Counted from the stretch's first letter, positions 40,404-49,229 are shown. The stretch: DNA of 64,000 bases from Desulfuromonadales bacterium (GCA_029210745.1 JARGFI010000006.1:6509-70508), one strand, 5' to 3'. A program made the numbers and translations. Notes: generated by a model not told the origin, from the letters alone.

Positions 40404-41492
40404 ATGCCCCGAACTACTCGTCAAATCAAGGTCGGTACAGTTTCCGTAGGTGGCGGCGCGCCACTTTCGGTCCAGTCGATGTGCTCTACTGACACCCGAG
40501 ACATTCCGGCGACGCTGGCCCAGATCAAGCGATTGACCGCCGCCGGTTGTGAAATTGTGCGGTGCGCGGTGCCGGATCAAGCGGCGGCCCAGGCGCTGGG
40601 AGCGATTCGGGCAGGGATTTCCATCCCGTTGATTGCCGATATCCATTTCGAATACCAACTGGCATTGGCGGCACTGGAGGCCGGAGTCGATGGCCTGCGG
40701 ATCAATCCCGGCAATATCGGTGCCCGCTGGAAGGTTGCGGAAGTTGTCAAGTCGTGTGCGGAGCATGGTGCGCCGATCCGCATCGGGGTCAATGGGGGAT
40801 CGTTGGAAAAAGACCTGCTGGTAAAATATGGTCATCCCACCCCGGCAGCGATGGTCGAAAGTGCCCTGGGACATGTCCGGCTCCTTGAGGAACTCAATTT
40901 TGAACAAATCAAAATAAGTCTCAAGGCCTCCGATATCCGGCGCACGGTCGAGGCGTATCGCCTGCTGGCAAGTCAGGTCGACTACCCGTTGCATATCGGA
41001 ATTACCGAGGCGGGAACGACCTGGAGTGGTACAATCAAGAGCGCTATCGGCCTTGGCGCACTGCTCTATGATGGGCTTGGCGATACGCTGCGGGTTTCGT
41101 TGACGGGTGATCCGGTCGAGGAAGTGCGGGTCGGCTGGGAAATCCTCAAGGCGCTGAATCTGCGCGAGCGCGGGCCGGTATTTATCAGCTGTCCGACCTG
41201 CGGGCGCTGTCAGATCGATCTGATCGCGACGGCCGAGGAGGTTGAACGGCGCTTGCATGATTTGCCGGTCAAGTTAACAATTGCGGTGATGGGGTGTGTG
41301 GTCAACGGCCCCGGCGAGGCGCGCGAGGCCGATCTGGGGATTGCCGGGGGCAAAGGGCAGGGCCTTCTGTTTCGTCAGGGGGAAATCGTTCGCAAGGTGC
41401 CGCAAAACGAGTTGGCCGATGTTCTGGTTGCCGAGGCGTGGAAGATGGCGGAGGAACGGCAGGACGTTCGAACGGATCAGGAGGATCAATGA
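40404..41492 (+). CDS. ispG: 4-hydroxy-3-methylbut-2-en-1-yl diphosphate synthase
   Basis: MPRTTRQIKVG, VQSM..T.T.D, IPLIADIHF, RINPGNIG and CPTCGRC strings. Confidence 0.95.
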   Translation: MPRTTRQIKVGTVSVGGGAPLSVQSMCSTDTRDIPATLAQIKRLTAAGCEIVRCAVPDQAAAQALGAIRAGISIPLIADIHFEYQLALAALEAGVDGLRINPGNIGARWKVAEVVKSCAEHGAPIRIGVNGGSLEKDLLVKYGHPTPAAMVESALGHVRLLEELNFEQIKISLKASDIRRTVEAYRLLASQVDYPLHIGITEAGTTWSGTIKSAIGLGALLYDGLGDTLRVSLTGDPVEEVRVGWEILKALNLRERGPVFISCPTCGRCQIDLIATAEEVERRLHDLPVKLTIAVMGCVVNGPGEAREADLGIAGGKGQGLLFRQGEIVRKVPQNELADVLVAEAWKMAEERQDVRTDQEDQ

Positions 41493-42247
41493 TGCTGAAT
41501 TTCAAAAAGATCGTCATACTGACGATAGCGCTTCTTCAACTGTGCGTCACCTTCGCCGTGGCTGATGAAGGTGACGGGTTTGTGCGCATGTTGCAAAGCA
41601 GCAATGTTTTTCTCCGGATCGAGGCGGCCAAGTTGATCGAGGGGCACTTCCTGGTCGATCCGGCGGTTTTTCCTGTCGTGCGCGAACGTTTGCGTCAAAG
41701 CGTGCAGGATGAAACGCATTCAAAGGAACAACGCGATGAAATCGGCTGGTTGTGTAAGGCGCTGGCATCTTCCGGTGATGCCGCCTATGCGGCGACGCTG
41801 CAAGATATCGCCGCCACCTCCAAGGTAAAGAAGATTCGCCTGTATGCAGAGCAGTCGCTGGCAACAATCCCCGATTTTGCCGCGCGCAATGCGCGACTGC
41901 TGAAAATCCCCGGTGATCCGACCCTCTCGTTCGAGGATAATCGACTGCTGCGGATGTTGCACAGCGGCGATTCTGCCCTGTTGCGAAACGCTGCAAAACG
42001 GATCAGCCGTCGCGTCGAAACCCCTGCCGTACTCTATCAGGCGGCAGCCGACGCTCTCGAAGCCAACTTGAACAAGCGGGGCAGAGAGCTGTTGCAGCTT
42101 GACTCCATGGGGTGGCTGTGCAAGGCGCTGGGGGCGTCGGGTGAGACGGCGTATGTCGCGGTATTGCAGCGCGTGTTTGATAATGCGCCGACAAAAAAAC
42201 TGCGCCAGCACGCCCGCAATGCGTTGCGCTCTCTGGGGGAGGTTTGA
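41489..42247 (+). CDS. Exported protein built from two ~105-aa helical (HEAT-like) repeats
   Basis: An ATGA overlap with the ispG stop. The signal peptide ends FAVA|DEG. An internal duplication is visible (IGWLCKALASSGDAAYAATLQDIA... / MGWLCKALGASGETAYVAVLQRVF...). Confidence 0.7.
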   Translation: MMLNFKKIVILTIALLQLCVTFAVADEGDGFVRMLQSSNVFLRIEAAKLIEGHFLVDPAVFPVVRERLRQSVQDETHSKEQRDEIGWLCKALASSGDAAYAATLQDIAATSKVKKIRLYAEQSLATIPDFAARNARLLKIPGDPTLSFEDNRLLRMLHSGDSALLRNAAKRISRRVETPAVLYQAAADALEANLNKRGRELLQLDSMGWLCKALGASGETAYVAVLQRVFDNAPTKKLRQHARNALRSLGEV

Positions 42248-42266
42248 CCGGCCAGAAAATAACCAT

Positions 42267-42306
42267 AAAAAAAGCCCCGAAAGCAGGAGGGGATAACTTC
42301 CGGGGC
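42267..42306 (-). terminator. Intrinsic terminator-like hairpin oriented for the minus strand
   Basis: The minus strand reads GCCCCGGAAG-13 nt-CTTTCGGGGC followed by TTTTTTT. No annotated minus-strand gene ends here. Confidence 0.45.
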
Positions 42307-42536
42307 GAATGCGGAAGCGCGCGTCCGTGCTTCCGTTGTACATCTTCTTTAATTAGACCATAAAAGTCATCATTGTCAAGGTTCGCAACAATGACTTGCC
42401 CGGCCTTTTTTTGTTTGTTTGGGACGACACGGGAGGGAAGCGGGGCCGCTCCTTGTGATCGGTGACGCTGCTGCTAAACTTGATGGCGTCGCAAAAAGTC
42501 AAACTTGGGGTACGACCTCTTCGGAAAAGGCGCTTT

Positions 42537-44972
42537 ATGACACTGACTGACAAAAAAGATGGAACGTCTGACGCAAACTTTCGACTGCCCGCCGAGCAGC
42601 TTGCCTGGCGCTGTGATCCTGCTGTCTTTGATTTTACAACAACGGCAGAGTTGCCTTCTCTCGACGGGACTATCGGTCAGGATCGTGCCCTGGCGGCGAT
42701 CGATTTTGGCCTCGGTATCCGCAATGGCGGGTTTAATCTCTTCATCCTCGGTGAACCGGGGACCGGGCGTTCCTCGACGATCAAAAAAATTCTCAATAGC
42801 CGGGCCACGGCTGAACCGGTCCCGGACGATTGGTGTTATGTCTACGATTTTTCCGATGATCATCAGTCGCTGCAGATCAGACTTCCCGCCGGGACGGCAA
42901 AGACTCTGGGCAAGGATGTCGATCAACTGGTGGAACGCCTGGCCATGGAGCTGCCCAAGGTCTTCGAAGGCAAGGAATATGAACAGCGCAAGAACCAGCT
43001 TGGCAGTGAATATCAGGAAAAGAGCCGCCGTCTTTACGAAGGACTCGAACAAGAGGCAGAGCAGAAAGATTATTTGTTGCAGCGTTCTGTCAACGGGCTG
43101 GTTCTTACTCCGTTACGCGACGGAGAACCGGTTTTACAGCAGGAGTTCGAGGGTTTAGGCGAAGACGAGCGCAACCGCATTGAAGCGGTCGGGGCGGAAT
43201 TGCAGCAGCGTTTGACCGAAGTCACACGTGAGGCGCGGGAGCTGGACAAGGAGTTGCGCGTCGCCACCTTGGCGATGGAGCGTGAATTGCTCCTTATGGC
43301 GGTCAGTCGTCTCTTTAAGGAACTGGAAGAGAAATACCGTGATCACGCTGCGGTGATCGCTCATTTTGCCGCGAGTAAAAATAATATTATTGAGCGGATC
43401 GATGAGTTTCGGCAGCCAGAAACAGTAAAAATCAATCTGCCGATGCTCGAAGCGACGCGCCAGGAGCCTTCTTTTGAGCGTTATCGGATCAATCTTTTTG
43501 TTGATAACAGCGAACAGCAAGGCGCGCCGGTCGTCTATGAGGCCAATCCCACCTATTTTAACGTTTTCGGTCGCATTGAGCATTTCCTCCAGATGGGGAA
43601 CGCCGTTACCAACTTCCGCATGATCAAGGCGGGGGCGCTGCATCGGGCTAACGGCGGCTATCTGATCCTCGATTGTCGCGAAGTGCTGCTCACCCCGTTT
43701 ACCTATGAAGCGCTCAAACGCGCAATACGCAACCGGGAAGTCAAGATCGAGGATATGGCTGAGCAATATCGCCTGATGGCGACTGTTTCGTTGAAACCGC
43801 AACCGATTCCGCTCGATTGCAAGATTATCCTGATTGGTCGTCCGGTACTCTACTATCTGCTGCATCAACTGGATGTTGATTTTCGCAAGTATTTCAAGGT
43901 CAAGGCGGATTTCGATCATTTGATGGATAATACGACCGGAAATGTTCAGCAGTATGCTCTCTTTGTTGCCGCCAAGTGTCAACAGGAGAAGCTGACGCCC
44001 TTTGGTCCTGAAGGGGTTGCGCGGGTGATTGAACATTCCGCGCGCTTGAGTGGGGACAAAGAGCAGCTCTCGTCACGCTTTATCGATATCACCGATCTGA
44101 TTCGTGAAGCGGCTTATTATGCGGGACAGGCAGCTGAGCCGGTCGTTGGCCGTCAGCATGTAGAGCAGGCGATTAACGCGGTAAACTACCGTTCAAATAA
44201 AGTGGAGGAGCGGATTCAACGCCAGATCGATGATGAGGTGTTGATGGTTGTGACGTCCGGAGCGGTTGTCGGACAGATCAACGGTCTCACTGTTTACTTG
44301 CTGGGTGATTACAGTTTCGGTCGTCCGGCGCGGGTCACGGCACGGACCTGGCTCGGCAGGAGTGGTGTTGTTAATATTGAACGCGAAGTCAAGTTGTCTG
44401 GTCCGATTCACGACAAGGGGTTGTTGATCCTGAACGGCTTTTTTGGCGAACGTTATGCGCACGACAAGCCGTTGACCTTGGCGGCATCGATCTGTTTTGA
44501 GCAATCGTACGGCGGGATCGATGGCGACAGCGCTTCAACGACGGAACTGTATGCCTTGTTGTCGGCCCTTTCCGGGGTACCGATCAAACAGTCGATCGGG
44601 GTGACTGGTTCAGTAAATCAGCACGGCCAGGTACAGGCCATCGGTGGTGTCAATGAGAAAGTCGAGGGGTTTTTCGCTGTCTGTCAGGCGCGTGGCCTGA
44701 GCGGGGAGCAGGGGGTGATTATCCCGCGCGCCAATGTGCGCCACCTGATGCTCAAAGAGGATGTGCGCGCGGCAGTGACCGCCGGAGATTTCCATATCTG
44801 GGCGATCGAGACGGTCGACGAGGGGATCGCACTGCTCACCGGACGTCCCGCCGGAAGAAGAAATCAGCAGGGGGGGTGGGAGGAAGGTTCGATCAATGCG
44901 TTGGTAGATGACCGGTTACGGACGATGGCCGAGACGTTGCGAGATTTTTCGCACCGCAATAAAGATACTTGA
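42537..44972 (+). CDS. Lon-like ATP-dependent protease (AAA+ module with long helical insertion + Lon_C protease domain)
   Basis: Walker A GEPGTGRSS, then a ~150-aa charged helical insert (KEYEQRKNQLGSEYQEK...), and Lon protease Ser context IDGDSASTTELYALLSAL. Start at the ATG at 42537; the track ORF starts at 42462. Confidence 0.88.
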   Translation: MTLTDKKDGTSDANFRLPAEQLAWRCDPAVFDFTTTAELPSLDGTIGQDRALAAIDFGLGIRNGGFNLFILGEPGTGRSSTIKKILNSRATAEPVPDDWCYVYDFSDDHQSLQIRLPAGTAKTLGKDVDQLVERLAMELPKVFEGKEYEQRKNQLGSEYQEKSRRLYEGLEQEAEQKDYLLQRSVNGLVLTPLRDGEPVLQQEFEGLGEDERNRIEAVGAELQQRLTEVTREARELDKELRVATLAMERELLLMAVSRLFKELEEKYRDHAAVIAHFAASKNNIIERIDEFRQPETVKINLPMLEATRQEPSFERYRINLFVDNSEQQGAPVVYEANPTYFNVFGRIEHFLQMGNAVTNFRMIKAGALHRANGGYLILDCREVLLTPFTYEALKRAIRNREVKIEDMAEQYRLMATVSLKPQPIPLDCKIILIGRPVLYYLLHQLDVDFRKYFKVKADFDHLMDNTTGNVQQYALFVAAKCQQEKLTPFGPEGVARVIEHSARLSGDKEQLSSRFIDITDLIREAAYYAGQAAEPVVGRQHVEQAINAVNYRSNKVEERIQRQIDDEVLMVVTSGAVVGQINGLTVYLLGDYSFGRPARVTARTWLGRSGVVNIEREVKLSGPIHDKGLLILNGFFGERYAHDKPLTLAASICFEQSYGGIDGDSASTTELYALLSALSGVPIKQSIGVTGSVNQHGQVQAIGGVNEKVEGFFAVCQARGLSGEQGVIIPRANVRHLMLKEDVRAAVTAGDFHIWAIETVDEGIALLTGRPAGRRNQQGGWEEGSINALVDDRLRTMAETLRDFSHRNKDT

Positions 44973-45006
44973 TCGTATGACTCACGGGGGGCTCACACGC
45001 AAAAAA

Positions 45007-45054
45007 GCTCACACACAAAAAACCCGCAGTCCCCGGCACTTTTTGTGTGTGAGC
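45007..45054. terminator. Bidirectional terminator between the convergent Lon-like and TRAP permease genes
   Basis: Perfect 15-bp stem GCTCACACACAAAAA / TTTTTGTGTGTGAGC with an 18-nt loop. A/T runs are built into both arms. A partial extra copy of the left arm lies at 44991..45006. Confidence 0.6.
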
Positions 45055-45066
45055 AGTATGATGCCG

Positions 45067-47502
45067 TTAATCGGTGGCTGGTACCGGCTGAGACGCGGCT
45101 TTGGGCTGGTCTTTTTTGTTGCGCGCGACCTGACTGAGCCAGACAATCCCGACCAGTGCAACACCGACAAGATCAGTCATCAGCGTCGGCCAGTAGAGCA
45201 GAATTGACCCTGCCGCAAGGAGCACCCACTCAATGGTCGAGGTCTTTCTGATCCAGAAGAGCATGGTCACGGCCGAGAAGGCGATGGTGCCGAGGAAGCA
45301 GGAAAACATCGACGAGAAAATCGCCGTTCCGGTTGCCGGAACTTCCGCTTCGATGAGCAGTTGACCGGCACTGACCGTGCCGCCGACATAAGGATTGACT
45401 TCAATCACCTGACCATCTTTCGGTGCCTTGATCTCGATAATCTCCCCCATTGATTCGACCGCAATCAGTACGTCACCGGCTTTAAACGGTTGATCCGCCT
45501 TGACGTTGACCTGTACTACATTTGCAAACGGCATGTCGTCAGGGATTTCTCCCATCTTCAGATCGAACGGTTTGCCCAGAAAGAGGATTGCCGGAGTAAA
45601 AGCAAACAGAATCGGCATGACGTAAAGCAGTTTGGCAAATTTGAAACTGGTCCAGCCGGTTTTCCACGGGTCGGAACCGGCGATGGCCGCTCCGGCGTAG
45701 GCGGCAACACAGACCGGCGGGGTGATGTTCGAGTCCTGGCTGAACCAGTAGACGATAAAGTGCGCGGCGAGGATCGGTACTCCCATCTCCGCCAGCGGCG
45801 GCACGGCAAGAACAGCGGTAATCAGATAGGCGGCGGTCACCGGGACGCCCATGCCGAGAACCAGCGAGGCCAGCGCAACCAGAATAAGTGCCATGACCAG
45901 GTTGCCCGAGGCCAGGGAAATAATAATGTCGGAAAACTTCAGACCGATCCCGGTGAGAGAAATGGTGCCGACAATGATCCCGATGACCCCCAGTGTCGCG
46001 CCAATCATCAGGGTGTTCTTGGCCCCGGTCTGGATTGCTTCCCAGATTTCTTTTGCTCCCATGCGGGTTTCTTTATTGAACCAGCTGATCACGATGCAGG
46101 AGATCGTTGCCCAGAATGCTGAATAGCCGGGAGATTTGCCAAAAATCATCAGTGCCGTGATGATCACCAGCGGCAGGGAAAAATACCATTCCTGTTTAAG
46201 GACGACTTTCCAGTCTTTCATCTCACTTTCATCGATCCCCTTCAGCCCCATCTTTTTGGCTTCGAAGTGAATCATGCAGAAGACCGAAAAGAAGTACATC
46301 AGCGCCGGGAAGATGGCAATCAGCATGATGGTTGCGTAAGGGGTATTGGTCAATTCCGCCATCAGGAAACCACCCGCGCCCATGATTGGCGGCATGAACA
46401 TTCCGCCGATCGAAGCAGCGGGCTCAATCGCCCCGGCCACATGCGGTTTGAATCCCGCCCGTTTCATCAGCGGAATGGTAAAGGCCCCGGTCGAGACAGT
46501 GTTGGCGATGGCGCTCCCGGAGACCGACCCGAAGAGCGCCGAGGCGATCACCGCAACCTTGGCCGGTCCGCCGGTGGTGCGCCCGGCAACGGCGAGCGGC
46601 AGATCGATAAAGAAGCGTCCGGCCCCGGATTTGTGAAGAAATGCGCCGAAAAATATAAACAGAATAACGTAGGTTGCAAGGACGCTCGCCATGACGCCGA
46701 AGACGCCGTTGGTGGTCAGAAAAAGCGAGGTCGACAGGCGTTCCAGGCTGAAGCCGCGATGCGCCATGACTTCCGGGAAGTGGGGTCCGAAGTAGCCGTA
46801 GCAGATCATGAACAGGCCGATAAAAGTCATTGCCCAGCCCAACACTCGCCGACAGACTTCCAGTGACAGAATGATGCCGAGAACACTGACCAGTGCGTCC
46901 AGATCATTTTCGGCACCGGCGCGATAGTTGAGTTTTTCGAATTCGTTGATCCAGTAGTAGACAACCGCTGCCGAGGCGATGGCGTAAAAAACATCGGTCA
47001 ACGTCGGGTTACGTGGCCACCTTTTCATCGACCAGCGGTCGATGATCAGCAAACCGGTCGTTACCGCCAGAGATCCGGCAATGATCGGCCAGAGCAGCAC
47101 GAAATTACCATTATCTTGACCTTCAAGATTATTCATCAGCCAGGTATGGAACCCGGCCGTATCGTCAAAGAAAAAATATCCCCCGACGGCACATGCCGTC
47201 ACCAGTCCCATCACCCAGGTCAAGGGCAGGCGAACTTTGGTTTTACCCGCCGGATAGAGCAGAAAAACCAGCACATAGGTGACAAAAACATAGACGCCAC
47301 GGTGATATTGGGTTGCGACCGGAGCGATCCCGGCCGAGTAGAAATAAAAAATGACCATTGCGCCACCCAGCAGGGCAACCAGCCATTTCAAAAAGCCGCT
47401 GGGATTGCGACAGGATCGTTCATCCTTTTCGAGCAATGCCTTTAATTTTTTCTGGTCTTCAGCGGAAATGTTCTCTGTTTGTTCGTTCTGTTCTGCGGAC
47501 AT
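45067..47502 (-). CDS. TAXI-type TRAP transporter fused (DctQ/DctM-like) permease with C-terminal DUF3394-like extension
   Basis: 811 aa, more than 16 predicted TM helices, and DctM-like core strings. The C-terminal ~160 aa contain a soluble barrel-like segment plus two more TM helices. Confidence 0.9.
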   Translation of the reverse strand: MSAEQNEQTENISAEDQKKLKALLEKDERSCRNPSGFLKWLVALLGGAMVIFYFYSAGIAPVATQYHRGVYVFVTYVLVFLLYPAGKTKVRLPLTWVMGLVTACAVGGYFFFDDTAGFHTWLMNNLEGQDNGNFVLLWPIIAGSLAVTTGLLIIDRWSMKRWPRNPTLTDVFYAIASAAVVYYWINEFEKLNYRAGAENDLDALVSVLGIILSLEVCRRVLGWAMTFIGLFMICYGYFGPHFPEVMAHRGFSLERLSTSLFLTTNGVFGVMASVLATYVILFIFFGAFLHKSGAGRFFIDLPLAVAGRTTGGPAKVAVIASALFGSVSGSAIANTVSTGAFTIPLMKRAGFKPHVAGAIEPAASIGGMFMPPIMGAGGFLMAELTNTPYATIMLIAIFPALMYFFSVFCMIHFEAKKMGLKGIDESEMKDWKVVLKQEWYFSLPLVIITALMIFGKSPGYSAFWATISCIVISWFNKETRMGAKEIWEAIQTGAKNTLMIGATLGVIGIIVGTISLTGIGLKFSDIIISLASGNLVMALILVALASLVLGMGVPVTAAYLITAVLAVPPLAEMGVPILAAHFIVYWFSQDSNITPPVCVAAYAGAAIAGSDPWKTGWTSFKFAKLLYVMPILFAFTPAILFLGKPFDLKMGEIPDDMPFANVVQVNVKADQPFKAGDVLIAVESMGEIIEIKAPKDGQVIEVNPYVGGTVSAGQLLIEAEVPATGTAIFSSMFSCFLGTIAFSAVTMLFWIRKTSTIEWVLLAAGSILLYWPTLMTDLVGVALVGIVWLSQVARNKKDQPKAASQPVPATD

Positions 47503-47555
47503 AAGATACCTGTTAACGGGAAAGGCCGGGCAGCGCGACCGTGGCTCATTAATTT

Positions 47556-47583
47556 GAAAGCGGGGCTATTCAGCCCCGCTTTC
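47556..47583 (-). promoter_or_regulatory. Intercistronic stem-loop between the TRAP solute-binding gene and the permease gene
   Basis: Perfect 11-bp stem GAAAGCGGGGC / GCCCCGCTTTC with a 6-nt loop, and no U-tract on either strand. Confidence 0.5.
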
Positions 47584-47606
47584 ACGGTTTGTATAGTGAC
47601 CGATCG

Positions 47607-48599
47607 TTACTTCTGGTCGGCGGTCAGGGTGAGCCCTTTTTCTTTCCAGAACTTCTGGGCACCGGCATGAACCGGCGTGACGATGCCGGTCAATGCGCCT
47701 TCGATAGACATGGCTTTGGCGGTTTTTTTGACTTTGACCAGATAGGCAAGCCCTTCTTGCGTGAAGATGTCAGCCACCGCTTTGTAGACGGTCTCGGCAG
47801 GAACGTGCTTGCCAGCGGTCCAAAGTGCGGAATCCTGGAAGGTGGCGACCGGATAATCAACGCCGGAGTAGGTGTTCGCCGGGATGGTGACCGGAGCATA
47901 GAACGGGAACTGCTTGAATGCGCCCCCTTTACTGCCTGCTTCCCAGAGGTTCAGCAGTTTGATTTTGTTACTCGCTGCCGCCTGAATTACCGAGCTGTTC
48001 GGGAATCCGGCAAATACCCACATGGCGTCGATCAGGCCGTCGCCGAGGGCGGAAGCGGCTTTGCTGTAGCCCAGAAATTCGGTGTTCATTTTGTCCCACA
48101 GACCAAGCGCACCGAAATAGCGCTGCGCCGAAGCAGCGGCCCCGGAACCGGCGCCGCCAACGGCAACCCGCTTGCCTTTGAGGTCATTAACGCTATTGAT
48201 GCCGCTGTCAGCCAGAACAATCAGGTGCGCCGGAGCGCCGTAGAGGTAGGCAATGGCCTGAACGTTCTGGTAGGTATTGGTGTCATTGGTCAGGCGGCCA
48301 TTGCGTGCCAGATAGGTGTCGCCCGAGTAAGAGATGCCGAAATCGGCATCACCGGAGTTAACGCGACGCACATTTTCAACCGAACCGGCAGAAGCCATAT
48401 TGGATACTTCAACCCCCGCGAGATCTTTCGACAGGCGGGTTGCCATGCCGTTGGAGAAATACTGGAATGTACCTCCATCGGGCCCGCCCGAGAACGCAAG
48501 ACGGGTTTTGGCCGCGTCACCGGTGGCAGGGACGAGGCAGAATGTTGCGGCCAGCAGCAGACAGGACGCCAGAGATGTGATTTGTTTTGAGATTTGCAT
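47607..48599 (-). CDS. TAXI-family TRAP transporter solute-binding protein
   Basis: Signal peptide then LAFSGGPDGGTFQYFSNGMA and YLYGAPAHLIVLADSGI strings, typical of the TAXI (TIGR02122-type) family. AAGGAG SD upstream. Confidence 0.9.
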   Translation of the reverse strand: MQISKQITSLASCLLLAATFCLVPATGDAAKTRLAFSGGPDGGTFQYFSNGMATRLSKDLAGVEVSNMASAGSVENVRRVNSGDADFGISYSGDTYLARNGRLTNDTNTYQNVQAIAYLYGAPAHLIVLADSGINSVNDLKGKRVAVGGAGSGAAASAQRYFGALGLWDKMNTEFLGYSKAASALGDGLIDAMWVFAGFPNSSVIQAAASNKIKLLNLWEAGSKGGAFKQFPFYAPVTIPANTYSGVDYPVATFQDSALWTAGKHVPAETVYKAVADIFTQEGLAYLVKVKKTAKAMSIEGALTGIVTPVHAGAQKFWKEKGLTLTADQK

Positions 48600-48676
48600 G
48601 TTTTACTCCTTAAAAAAGTGGGTTGAAAAGCGATGGCATAAATCGCCACAGGTTTCAGGTTGAAACCGTTCTACAC

Positions 48677-48691
48677 GCAAAGAGGGTGCCA
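48677..48691 (-). promoter_or_regulatory. Sigma-54 (-24/-12) promoter candidate for the TAXI-TRAP operon
   Basis: The minus strand reads TGGCACCCTCTTTGC, with exact consensus spacing TGGCAC-N5-TTGC. The -12 GC lies ~78 nt upstream of the ATG at 48599. Confidence 0.55.
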
Positions 48692-48854
48692 GTTTAAAAT
48701 AGTGTTATTTTTTTGGCACGACTTGACTCTCTAATTAAAGCAGACAGGCGGTAAAATGCAAGGAGGCGGGAAGGGCTGTTGCGGAGGGACAGCCGATCTG
48801 TCGTGGCGACATTTGGCCCTATGTGGTCAAAATTGGCCAGTCTTCTCAATAAAA

Positions 48855-49229
48855 TCAGTCCGCTTGCTTCAACTTTGCAGCGAGTGCCGCGAAGGGTGAA
48901 TGGACCAGCGTGGGGCGTTCGTTGCTGGCGTCAGGGCCCCCGGCTTCGCGCTCTTGCAGGCCGCGAGTGTGCTCGTGGTCGTGGCAGTAGACACACAGCA
49001 GTTCCCAGTTGCTGCCATCGGGCGGGTTGTTGTCATGATTGTGATCTTTGTGATGGACGGTCAGTTCGCGCAGGCCTTTTCCGCTGAATTCACGGCTGCA
49101 ACGGCCACAGACCGGCGGAAAGAGTTTCATTGCCTGCTCGCGATAGCCGTTTTGGCGCTGCTGCTCTTCCTTGCGCATGGCGGTAATGAGGCGGTGATGG
49201 TCTTCTGGTTGAGTCGTGTGTTCAGTCAT
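48855..49229 (-). CDS. yajD: YajD-type HNH endonuclease family protein
   Basis: CGRCSREF...LRELTVHHKDHNHDNNPPDGSNWELLCVYCHDHEH closely parallels E. coli YajD (from memory). Confidence 0.85.
   Translation of the reverse strand: MTEHTTQPEDHHRLITAMRKEEQQRQNGYREQAMKLFPPVCGRCSREFSGKGLRELTVHHKDHNHDNNPPDGSNWELLCVYCHDHEHTRGLQEREAGGPDASNERPTLVHSPFAALAAKLKQAD

Noticed and set aside
41294-41488. N-terminal extensions offered by the ORF track (41294 for the HEAT-like gene, 8644 for the caspase, 42462 for the Lon-like gene, 51736 for rbr, 24151 for trpG, 19275 for the radical SAM gene, 51229 for the toxin).
   Set aside because: The extensions overlap upstream genes or lack an SD, and they encode Arg/Gly-rich junk. 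Internal ATG/GTG/TTG starts have SDs, signal peptides or canonical family N-termini.
48714-48720. A plus-strand TGGCACG as a second sigma-54 promoter.
   Set aside because: It is followed by ACTTGACT, so there is no TTGC at the -12 position. No plus-strand gene lies downstream, since yajD is on the minus strand.
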